A DNA stretch of 64,000 nucleotides from Eledone cirrhosa (taxonomy: Eukaryota), in assembly GCA_964016885.1 (NCBI GenBank), contig CAXHJY010001130.1:2606-66605 (forward strand). Reading direction: 5' to 3'. The first letter of the stretch is position 1. Each line of letters opens with the position of its first letter. The translations under genes and the position numbers were made by a program. Under the pieces are notes generated by a model that saw only the letters and a program-made list of their open reading frames with translations, searched no databases and had not been told where the DNA came from. Positions 46,449 through 64,000 of the stretch are shown piece by piece.

Positions 46449-48612
46449 ATTTGATATCTCAGTCATTAATGTATTTAACCGGAAAATATTCAGGACGTAT
46501 CTTAGTTGCCTTGCTGTCCCGGTTGGCATGTCTTTTGGAGTGTTCCAAAAAAGGGAGCTGGGCAAATGTTCTTTAACCAGCCTTGGAAACTCTTCAAGAT
46601 AGTACCTAGAGCTCCTATGACGATGGGGACGACCTTGATCTCATGACAGTCCCAAATCCTTTTCAGTTGGACTGGTACCGGTTATTTTTCTTCTCCTTTT
46701 CTTGCACTCTTGTGTCAAAGGGGCAAGCTACATCTATAATCAAGCAAGATCTCTTTTCCTTCTTAAAAACCATAAGATCAGGTCTGTTATGTTCTAATTC
46801 TTTGTCCGTTTCTATACTGAAATCCAACAGCAACTTCACCAGGTCGTTTTCTATCACAGACTCTTACTTATGCTCGCACCATTTCTCAGAATGAGGAAAC
46901 TTGTTCAGTTTGCATAAATGCCAATGAATCACTTTTTCTATGTTATCATGTCTCCACCCTTTATAGTGTTCTGGGCTAGGTGTTTACACATGTATTGATA
47001 GCTTCCATCTTATTCCGTCCATTCAGTTTTGAATAAGTCTCAGTTTGTGCATGTATTCTACCTTAAATTTTTCTTTCATTCCCTCCTGTATTATCTTATC
47101 AACTTCCAATATCCCTAAGTACTTAAAGCCTTCCTCTTCTATTTGCTTCATAACCTTCCCTGATGGCAGCACCAACTGCTCAATGCTTTTAATTTTGCTT
47201 CTGTTCAAGATTAACACACCACACTTTTTTTTTATTCAGAGCTCCATTCCGACGTCAGCACTAAATGTATTACAACGTCTCAACGAGAGAATAAAGGTGG
47301 GATTCAGTCTTACTATAAAGCTTGAGGTCGTCCTTGAATAATAAGTGGTTGATTTTTTGCTGGCGACCTTTGGATTCATTCCCAGCCTTAGCTTTTCTCA
47401 AGATCATTGTCAGTGGTATCATGCACAGTCCAAATATCCTCACTTAATTTCTATTGGTCCAAAATTTCTTCCATATGCTGTCAATTCAGTCTTCCACTCT
47501 TTCATACTTTTCCTTAAGAATCGCTCAATATTTGATGCAATACCAAATAAGTTAACACATTTCACAATCCAAGAGTGCAGAATCCTGTAGGCTTTTGCGG
47601 TAATCGATCCACGCCATGGTCAAGTTGGTTTTCTTCCTCTTGCTATCCTTAAATATTGTTTTATCTAATAAAAGCTGGTCCTTGGTACCTCTGCACTTAT
47701 GCTTGCACCCTTTCTGCTGATCTGGCAGAACTCCATTTTCTTCAAGATGCACGTACATTGATTCTGTGATTGTTCCAGTCAATAATTTCCACATACGTGG
47801 TAGGCATGTTATCGGTCTGTAGTTGTCTACTACATTCCCTTTAGTGAAATCTTTTAAGTCACTCCGGTATCACTTGATCAACATTTAGCAATGTGTTGAG
47901 TTGTTCTGTTATTTGTTCATGGCATTTACTAAAACTTTTGGTTCAGTAGCCTTGAACTCCATCCAGTCCCGGAGACTTCTTACTGTTCATCTTTCTAGTT
48001 TCCTTCATGTCCCTACCTGAAATGGCTAGTTCTGACTCTTGTGGGCCAACTGTTGTTTCTTTAAGTTCTTCTAACCGTTCAACGTCCTTATTGTGCTCCT
48101 TCCATTTACTCCAAATGTCGCTCCAAAACTTTTGACTTTCAATGTTATCCGGTATAATCACTTCATCTGTACACTCTCCATTTATTTCTCAGTAAAATCT
48201 ATTTTGGTTTACTCTGTTAGTATATTTTGATGATATTGCTTTATTCTTTGTTCGTACCAAACTATCTTTGCTTTTTTTTGTTGCTATGACACGTTACTTG
48301 AGTTCCTCCATTACTACTTTTAGACCTTTTCTTTCAATACCATACTTTCTTTCCAGTGCTCTGTTTTTTTCATTCCATTCCTAAGCTTCCACTTCTCTTT
48401 TCGGACTAAGACAGAAATATTCTTGAAGAGGGTATCTATACTATTCCATCTACATTTCTCTCACCATATACCTTATCTCTACCCTGTCCTCTGCTGTACT
48501 TTCTCTTTCCTCAGTAAGACCTTCATTTTCACCATTTCTTTCACTGCTGTTTCCTGACACCTGTCTTTTGATAGCTTCCAATTCCATTTCTATCAACCAG
48601 TGATTTTTTTCT
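46449..48612 (-). pseudogene. Heavily degraded R4/Dong LINE (RT and RLE fragments)
   Basis: [67 protein letters not shown] in broken frames. Confidence 0.88.
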
Positions 48613-48614
48613 TA

Positions 48615-48616
<2 letters not shown>

Positions 48617-48656
<40 letters not shown>

Positions 48657-49043
48657 TAATCTATAAAGCTCAGTGTGTGGTCATGCTCCTCTCTTATAGA
48701 AATCTACGATATAGAATTTCTTCAATTGAAATTTACAATTCAGTATTCTAAATAGTTTCGATTGCGTCTTGGCACATCTCATTTTTTCAATTTCACCCAC
48801 AATTACGCAAAAAAAAAAAAATAAAACTCAATATTTTACGATTTTTCTCTGTCATTTCAACTGCTAAACTCTTTCCTCTACCATTCAAAATCTATACAAC
48901 TTCATACTTTCTGCTACTTTCTCTTTCCAAGCTTGATGGTGATACTGTCCGTTTCAAAAGCAACAGATACATTTATTCAACAACAAGCGATAAATCTTTT
49001 TTAAAACCTCTTTTCCAAACGCATACAAACACAAACTCACTTC

Positions 49044-49082
<39 letters not shown>

Positions 49083-49767
49083 CTACCTTTTATAGATAAT
49101 GATAAACAATAATATCCTCTATGAGGTCACTAAACCTGCTAGAAACAGCAGCTAACTCTCCCCCATTACCACACCCCTCCCTACTGTCTTAAATTTATAA
49201 AACATATCTTCTATGGGGTCACTAAACCTGCTAGAAACAGCAGCTAACTCTCCCCCATATCACACCCATCCCTACTGTCTTAAATTTAGAAAACATATCT
49301 TCTATGAGGTCATTAAACCTGCTAGAAACAGCAGCTAACTCTCCTCCATATCACACCACTCCCTACTGTCTTAAATTTAGAAAACACATATCCTCTATGA
49401 GGTCACTAAACCTGCTAGAAACAACAGCTAACTCTCCTTCATATCACAACCCTCCCTACTGTCTTAAATTTAGAAAACACACAGACAACCATGCAGAACA
49501 ACTCCATCGCAGCTCTGTTGTTCGGCTGGCATCGTCTACGCGCGTGTTGCGCAAGTACTGTGAAACAATAAATTTCAACACTTTTTTGCACAGAGATAAT
49601 ATCCATAGGCGAAACTACAATTGTCACTGCTGGCGCAGCTCCTGCTTCCAGGTCTGCAATTCATTCACCCAGTGCCTGGCAGACAAAAAAGTGCTGCCAT
49701 AAAATGGGTGGTGCAACCTAACTTTGGTAACTTAATGACCCCGAGCAACGCCGGGCTTTAATGCTAG
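48617..49767 (+). mobile_element. Probable non-autonomous Helitron
   Basis: 3' hairpin cccgagcaacgccggg, then CTAG (49764-49767) followed by T; candidate 5' TC start near 48617 (5' boundary uncertain). Confidence 0.65.
49118..49480 (+). repeat. Minisatellite, 4 copies of 91-93 bp
   Basis: tctatg(a/g)ggtca at 49118, 49210, 49301 and 49394. Confidence 0.93.
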
Positions 49768-50296
49768 TATATATATATAATGACCTTGTGATAAACAGGC
49801 GAAACTCCAGAGTTACAAGACTCATTGTTCAGCCTTAATGTATAAATATATGTATATATACACACATATACACATACACACACACATACATACATACATA
49901 CATACATAGACGAGAGTTTTCGCCTACCAAATTTCACTCATAAGGCATTGTTCAACCCCAGGTTACAATAGAAGACATGGGACTAAACACCCAAGTTATG
50001 TGTTTACAATGTGAACACCTTAACCACACAGCTACCATAACTACACGTATGGAAAAATATCTTGGCTACGTCAATAAAATAAATAAACCCTGCTTCTACA
50101 CAAATATGTGTGTGTGTGTGTGGTGTATAAGGGTGTGTGCGTCTATGTGTATGCGTGCGTGGGTGAGTATTTGTGCATATGTGTCTCAGTCTGTGTTTGT
50201 GTGTGTGTATGTGTCTCTGTCTGTGTGTTTGTGTTTGTATGTTTGTTTGTGTATGTATGCGTGTGTGTATGTGTGTTTGTGAGTGCATGTATCCGT

Positions 50297-50332
<36 letters not shown>

Positions 50333-50484
50333 ATGTGTGTGTATCAGTCTATGTGTGTGTGTATGTGTGTGTGTGTATTGCAGTGGATGCAATCATTGAT
50401 TCGATCTTCTATAATTGCTTGTTATGCATTAACGCATTTGTCAATAATTCCTAATGACTCAATATGAGTATATCTGTGTGTCTG

Positions 50485-54650
<4,166 letters not shown>

Positions 54651-54659
54651 ATTACTATT

Positions 54660-55020
54660 CTCCTCTATTGTTGAGAAGCAAATTTGGTCGTTCCGACTGC
54701 TGCTAGTGATAGTTGCGGCCGGTTGACCTACCTCCCTCTGCCTCTATCTTTACTTCGGCCCTTGAAAAAATTGATTCCACTTCATTCACTCTCATCTCGG
54801 GAACAGTTTTGGATAGCGCTAGTTCGTAATTTAAATTCAAGAATTTTATATTCTTCGAATGAAAAGAACCTTCTGACGAGAATCTTTCTTTGCAACGAAG
54901 GTCGTATGGCCTCCGTTTATTTTTGGGATTCGAAACCGATCGGTAAAGGTAACTATAGTAGGTAAAGTCAATTTTTTAAAATTTATTTTGAAACTTGTTC
55001 ATTATTTGCTAAACCTTGTT
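54660..55020 (+). mobile_element. Non-coding hammerhead element, family C
   Basis: Homologous to 33535-33868; embedded in (TA)n. Confidence 0.8.
54868..54950 (+). ncRNA. Type I hammerhead ribozyme
   Basis: acctt CTGACGA gaatc..42 nt..gattc GAAA ccgatcgg TA aaggt. Confidence 0.9.
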
Positions 55021-56534
55021 TATATGTATTTATATATATAGATATATATATATATGTATTTATATATATATATATATATATGTATTTATATATATAGATA
55101 TATATATATATGTATTTATATGTAGGAGGTGAGTTTTATTGTAGTACAATAAAGCAATGCAGATATCGGATAAGAAGCACTCTACAGTTTGTGGGACTGG
55201 AGTATGCATAATATAAGATCAAAAGATGGTTAAAGGAGTTCAATATATTTTATTATGCGCATTTCAAAAACAAACATCATCAAACAATAATATTTGTGTT
55301 TTCATCAGATAAAACAGGAGAACATGATATGAAGGCTAAAAAAACACTTGTTGATAGTGCAGTTTTAAATCAACATATGAAAAGTGGTTTTAGATTGATG
55401 TGTGATATTGGGAAAAATATTTTATTTAGAGAGGGGGGGAGAGAAAAGGATGAAAAGGGAAGGAGATGAGAGGGAGAGATGGGTGATAGAGAGAAAGAGA
55501 TAGTTTTTATAACAGAGAGGAGATATATTTTATATAGAGGGGTTGAAAACCGTTGGAAGATACTGTATAAATTAAAAATTTTGAAAATTAACGAAGGGAG
55601 GATATGTGCGAGGAAAAAATATATTATATTTAGGGAGGGGTGGGGGTGGAAAGGATGAAAAAAAGGGAGGAGATGAGAGTGAAGGTGGAAAGGGAGAGAT
55701 GGGTGATAGAGAGAAAGAGATAGTTTTTATAACTGAGAAAAAGATATAATGTTTTAATATAGAGAGGTTGGGAACCGTTGGAAGATAATGTATAAATTAA
55801 AGGAATTTGAAAATTAACGAAGGGAAATTATGTATGGAGATAGAGAGAAAAAAATAACGAAGGGAGATTATGTATGGAGATAGAGAGAAAAAAATAATAA
55901 TTGTGGGTGAATATTCAAAAGGAGAAATGTAGGAATCTTAAAATTAGCAAAGAGAAAAAGTTTATGTATAGGATTTGAGAAAAATTTATATTGAATTCAT
56001 ATGTATTAATAATGAGTTCGTTGATGGGGAGAAAAAAATAATAATAATAAATTAAGGATGAAATTGAGATTAAAAAGATTTATGATAGAGAGAAAAAATA
56101 ATAATGATTGCGGATGAATACTCAAAATGTCAAAAACAAATGTTATTGTTTTACGAAGAGATATAATGAGGGTGATGAGTAAACGGGTATTATAGAGTGT
56201 ATAATGCCCTTTAAAGTAAGGTAGATGGGTATATTTTAAAGAATATATGAGTATATATTAAAAAAAATATATATAATAATAAATTAAGGATGAAATTGAG
56301 ATTAAAAAGATTTATGATAGAGGGAAAAAAAAAAATAATAATGATTGCGGATGAATATTCAAAATGTCAAAAACAAATGTTATTGTTTTACGAGAAGATA
56401 GGATGAGGTAAATGAATAAACGAGTACTATAGAGTGTATAATGCCCTTTAAAGTAAGGTAGATGGGTATATTTTAAAGAGGTGTATGTATATGTGCCTTT
56501 GAGAAAAGATTCTAAATTGATAAAGAATTGAATA

Positions 56535-56900
56535 TTAACTGTATACTTTGTGAAAAGTTCTATGGAATTTATGAAGGCAGATGGAAAACAAATCCGAGCG
56601 TCTATTTATTATGGATTCTAGGTTAGAGATAATGGTAAATTTTTCATTTAGGCAGAGATTACAGATTTTAGATAGAGAACTGTTCAAGTACGAGGATGCA
56701 GAAGAAATCTTTTTCCAAAAGATGTTATATTTAATGTTTTTGTCTTTTAAGGACCATATGAGTTCTGAGAGAGCAGTGTTAGTTCTTTTAAGTTTGTATT
56801 TGAAAGATGAATGATGATTATAGAGACGAGCTTTAAAAGAGGTGGAAGTGGAGCCAAAATAGGTGAAGGAGTTGGTGCTAGTTATAATTTTACATTCATA
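56535..56900 (-). pseudogene. Mirror copy of the GIY-YIG domain
   Basis: Reverse complement of 56909-57274. Confidence 0.9.
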
Positions 56901-57274
56901 ACTTAATTTATGAATGTAAAATTATAACTAGCACCAACTCCTTCACCTATTTTGGCTCCACTTCCACCTCTTTTAAAGCTCGTCTCTATAATCATCATTC
57001 ATCTTTCAAATACAAACTTAAAAGAACTAACACTGCTCTCTCAGAACTCATATGGTCCTTAAAAGACAAAAACATTAAATATAACATCTTTTGGAAAAAG
57101 ATTTCTTCTGCATCCTCGTACTTGAACAGTTCTCTATCTAAAATCTGTAATCTCTGCCTAAATGAAAAATTTACCATTATCTCTAACCTAGAATCCATAA
57201 TAAATAGACGCTCGGATTTGTTTTCCATCTGCCTTCATAAATTCCATAGAACTTTTCACAAAGTATACAGTTAA
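56897..57274 (+). pseudogene. GIY-YIG endonuclease domain of a PLE, no start codon (absent from the ORF track)
   Basis: Manual translation HNLIYECKII..YFGSTSTSFKARLYNHHSSF..TALSELIWSLKD..CNLCLNEK..IINRRSDLFSICLH..stop; homologous to 52666-53050. Confidence 0.9.
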
Positions 57275-58604
57275 TATTCAATTCTTTATCAATTTAGAAT
57301 CTTTTCTCAAAGGCACATATACATACACCTCTTTAAAATATACCCATCTACCTTACTTTAAAGGGCATTATACACTCTATAGTACTCGTTTATTCATTTA
57401 CCTCATCCTATCTTCTCGTAAAACAATAACATTTGTTTTTGACATTTTGAATATTCATCCGCAATCATTATTATTTTTTTTTTCCCTCTATCATAAATCT
57501 TTTTAATCTCAATTTCATCCTTAATTTATTATTATATATATTTTTTTTAATATATACTCATATATTCTTTAAAATATACCCATCTACCTTACTTTAAAGG
57601 GCATTATACACTCTATAATACCCGTTTACTCATCACCCTCATTATATCTCTTCGTAAAACAATAACATTTGTTTTTGACATTTTGAGTATTCATCCGCAA
57701 TCATTATTATTTTTTCTCTCTATCATAAATCTTTTTAATCTCAATTTCATCCTTAATTTATTATTATTATTTTTTTCTCCCCATCAACGAACTCATTATT
57801 AATACATATGAATTCAATATAAATTTTTCTCAAATCCTATACATAAACTTTTTCTCTTTGCTAATTTTAAGATTCCTACATTTCTCCTTTTGAATATTCA
57901 CCCACAATTATTATTTTTTTCTCTCTATCTCCATACATAATCTCCCTTCGTTATTTTTTTCTCTCTATCTCCATACATAATTTCCCTTCGTTAATTTTCA
58001 AATTCCTTTAATTTATACATTATCTTCCAACGGTTCCAACCTCTCTATATTAAAACATTATATCTTTTTCTCAGTTATAAAAACTATCTCTTTCTCTCTA
58101 TCACCCATCTCTCCCTTTCCACCTTCACTCTCATCTCCTCCCTTTTTTTCATCCTTTCCACCCCCACCCCTCCCTAAATATAATATATTTTTTCCTCGCA
58201 CATATCCTCCCTTCGTTAATTTTCAAAATTTTTAATTTATACAGTATCTTCCAACGGTTTTCAACCCCTCTATATAAAATATATCTCCTCTCTGTTATAA
58301 AAACTATCTCTTTCTCTCTATCACCCATCTCTCCCTCTCATCTCCTTCCTTTTCATCCTTTTCTCTCCCCCCCTCTCTAAATAAAATATTTTTCCCAATA
58401 TCACACATCAATCTAAAACCACTTTTCATATGTTGATTTAAAACTGCACTATCAACAAGTGTTTTTTTAGCCTTCATATCATGTTCTCCTGTTTTATCTG
58501 ATGAAAACACAAATATTATTGTTTGATGATGTTTGTTTTTTGAAATGCGCATAATAAAATATATTGAACTCCTTTAACCATCTTTTGATCTTATATTATG
58601 TATT

Positions 58605-58643
<39 letters not shown>

Positions 58644-58649
58644 ATATAT

Positions 58650-59618
<969 letters not shown>

Positions 59619-60063
59619 GTAAAGTTATATTTAAAATTGTTGGGTTACAACTAGTAAATATTTATAACTGATATAAAAGCACTCGACAAATATTTGGAGT
59701 ATATTTACAATATTAAATAAATGGAAAACTATATTTATAAAACCATATTTATTTCATTATATATATTTCGGGGATATCATATTAACAATATGCTATGCCT
59801 TCATCAGACAAAATACAATATAAACAGTTTTATAGATAAATATATTCGACATACCGTAATAAATAATGAAGTTGATGTTTATTACGGTATGTCGAATATA
59901 TTTATCTATAAAACTGTTTATATTGTATTTTGTCTGATGAAGGCATAGCATATTGTTAATATGATATCCCCGAAATATATATAATGAAATAAATATGGTT
60001 TTATAAATATAGTTTTCCATTTATTTAATATTGTATATTTATATATATATATTTATATATATA

Positions 60064-60110
<47 letters not shown>

Positions 60111-60129
60111 ATTTATATATATATATATT

Positions 60130-60216
<87 letters not shown>

Positions 60217-60219
60217 ATT

Positions 60220-60252
<33 letters not shown>

Positions 60253-60310
60253 TTATCAGTTATAAATATTTACTCGTTGTTAACCCAACAATTTAAATAT
60301 AACTTTCCAT
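59619..60310. mobile_element. Head-to-head foldback hammerhead element, family A; right arm split by microsatellite
   Basis: Arms 59619-59863 / 59878-60035 plus 60253-60310; hammerheads 59750-59815 (-) and 59926-59991 (+). Confidence 0.9.
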
Positions 60311-60319
60311 GTATATATT

Positions 60320-60350
<31 letters not shown>

Positions 60351-60353
60351 ATT

Positions 60354-60408
<55 letters not shown>

Positions 60409-60411
60409 ATT

Positions 60412-60500
<89 letters not shown>

Positions 60501-60517
60501 ATATATATAAATATATT

Positions 60518-60751
<234 letters not shown>

Positions 60752-60763
60752 TTATATATATAT

Positions 60764-61078
<315 letters not shown>

Positions 61079-61093
61079 ATATATATACATATA

Positions 61094-61640
61094 TATTCAT
61101 TAGTTAAGCAAAACAAGACCACAAATTTCACAAGGAAGACATTATTAAAAGATTGTCAACATATTTAGTTTGATGTAAGGAATGTAGAGAATAATAATAA
61201 TATTAATAATAATAATGCCCGTTTACAATTGTTCGCTACTCCGTATAATATTTCTGGATCAGACGACTATGTATCATAATTGATCTGGTTAGTTGAAAAT
61301 AATTAACATATTTAAAAAAACAGAGTGGCTCATCGGAACTCAAAGGAATATAAATTAAAATATATAATTTATATTATGTAACATTATTTTAATTTATATT
61401 CCTGTTTTTTTAAATATGTTAATTATTTTCAACTGAACCAGATCAATTATGATACATAGTCATCTGATCCAGAAATATTATACGGAGTAGCGAAACAATT
61501 GTAAACGGGCATTATTATGATTAATATTATTATTATTATTATTCTCTACATTCCTTACATCAAACTAAATATGTTGACAATCTTTTAATAATGTCTTCCT
61601 TGTGAAATTTGTGGTCTTGTTTTGCTATACTAATGAATAT
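61094..61640. mobile_element. Foldback element with expanded-stem-II hammerhead-like motif (61217-61341 minus)
   Basis: Arms about 61094-61362 / 61386-61640; CCGAUGA gccacucugu...acggaguagc GAA(A) caauug UA aacgggc. Confidence 0.8.
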
Positions 61641-61949
61641 TTCCAGCTCTGCGCACCTAACCTCTGCATCGACCCAGCTACCTAGCTGCTTTCTACTGCA
61701 TATTGCACATTGAGCACATGCCTTTACGCTTTGGCTTCTAACTAACTCACCAATCTTTCCTCTCATATCTTTTCTACTATCTCAATCTCCCTCTTTAAGA
61801 TTGGTTACTCTTGAACTGTGTATATATATATATAATCCAAATTCAATAAACAAACCAGGATTTTTTCGTTCTGAGGATTGAAGGCAAAACCTTTTAAGAA
61901 ACCACTGGTAAATGGAATAATTGCCTTATGTTGTTTATTGCATAATAAT

Positions 61950-62878
<929 letters not shown>

Positions 62879-63710
62879 GTGTTTTAACCGCCAAATAGTA
62901 CCTTTAAATTACAGAACAAATCGGAACTATTAGATATATCAACCTGAAACTGTTGAGCTTTGAACTTTCTAACCTCTTTAATATGGAATACTGATTATTA
63001 ATTTTTTAACTTATCATATAAGTCTAAACATTGTAACACACTGACCCCCAATATATTCACCTCTGCTAAGATGCGAGTCCCTGTGAAAATTTTGTCGCGC
63101 CACTCCTGGCCCGACTGTGGTGTGACATTAATATCGACCTTCCTTCCTCTCTCTTTCTATCTTCCTTCTTGTAGCTATCAACCATTACTCTTTTACTTCT
63201 CTAAGCAAAATTTTAAAGATCCAACTTTCTGTCGGACTGTTGGGTGGGTTTTAATGGCGGCGCGACCGGCTCCCTGGCGAACGAGCTCACCTGGAGTGCT
63301 TGGAAAAATAAATTTCCCCTTCTTTCAGTAAATGAAAATACTCGGCGTAGCTTAATTCGCCATGGGGCTCGGGGCGCGGCCGGTGTTTTAACCGCCACAT
63401 AGTACCTTTAAATTACAGAACAAATCGGAACTATTATATAATTAAATGTTAAACTGTTGAACCTTAAATTTTCTAACCTCTTTAATATTGAATATTGATT
63501 ATTAATTTTTTTAACTTCATCCTAGAAGTCTAAACACTGTAACACACTGACTCCCAATATATTCACCTCTGCTAAGATGCGGGTCCCTGTGAACATTTTC
63601 TCGTGCCACTCCTCGCTTGACTGTGGTCTGACATTAATATCGACCTTTCTTCCTCTTTCTTTCTATCTTCCTTCTTGTAGCCATCAACCCTTACTTTTCT
63701 ACTTCTCTCT
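62879..63710. repeat. Diverged direct repeat, period about 505 bp
   Basis: 62879-63202 repeated at about 63383-63710 (gtgttttaaccgcca.atagtacctttaaattacagaac...). Confidence 0.9.
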
Positions 63711-64000
63711 TCCCTTCCTTCTCTTCTCCCCTCCTCCTGTCTTCCTCCCGCCGACTTATCTTCCTTCCCCCTCTTGCTTGCCTATATCTGACCGGTAGTA
63801 GTTGCCTTTCTTCTTTTAGCTGACATTAACCCTGGCTTCTCTTCTTCTTTCTTCCCCCTTCTTCTCTCTCCTTCCTTTCTTTCTTTCTTTTACCTTGTGT
63901 CATGAGATCGACGTTAACTTATGCTCCCATCCCTTTCTGTTTTCGTTTATCTGACCGGTAGTAGCATACTATAAAATTTAGCCACGTCACTCCAGGGCGA

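Larger units (their letters stand above)
55123..58600. mobile_element. 3.4-kb palindromic Penelope-like insertion (two head-to-head 3' halves)
   Basis: Arms 55207-56901 / 56908-58600 nearly identical with 6-nt spacer cttaat; hammerheads 55247-55315 (-) and 58491-58560 (+): gttttat CTGATGA ... GAAA tgcgca TA ataaaat. Confidence 0.95.

Noticed and set aside
56581-57228. Twin 77-aa ORFs MENKSERL
   Set aside because: Antisense shadows of the GIY-YIG frame, duplicated by the palindrome
59721-60020. Twin 75-aa ORFs MENYIYK
   Set aside because: Antisense reading through a palindromic ribozyme element; no domain

Overview
Eukaryotic, extremely AT-rich repeat DNA. The SINE and dispersed-repeat types look octopod/cephalopod-like (inference). 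No host gene is supported, and the IYIY-type ORFs are translations of (TA)n microsatellite. About half the window is interrupted (TA)n. The islands between the tracts are mostly retroelements: RTE, CRE and R4/Dong LINE remnants, tRNA-derived SINEs, one probable Helitron, and Penelope-like elements (PLEs) with RT/GIY-YIG remnants. The main signal is a dense set of type I hammerhead ribozymes (CUGANGA...GAAA-palindromic stem III-UH) from roughly ten unrelated sequence families. They lie in non-coding retrozyme-like units or PLE pLTRs that are repeatedly arranged as head-to-head foldbacks, with 5' ends in the middle and 3' ends usually anchored in (TA)n. Highlights: (1) a near-identical 311-bp hammerhead unit in about 8.5 tandem copies that inverts almost exactly at the predicted self-cleavage site (10961-14075); (2) a 424-bp circularly permuted hammerhead unit (17204-17920); (3) a 3.4-kb near-perfect palindrome carrying two GIY-YIG domains and two hammerheads (55207-58600).
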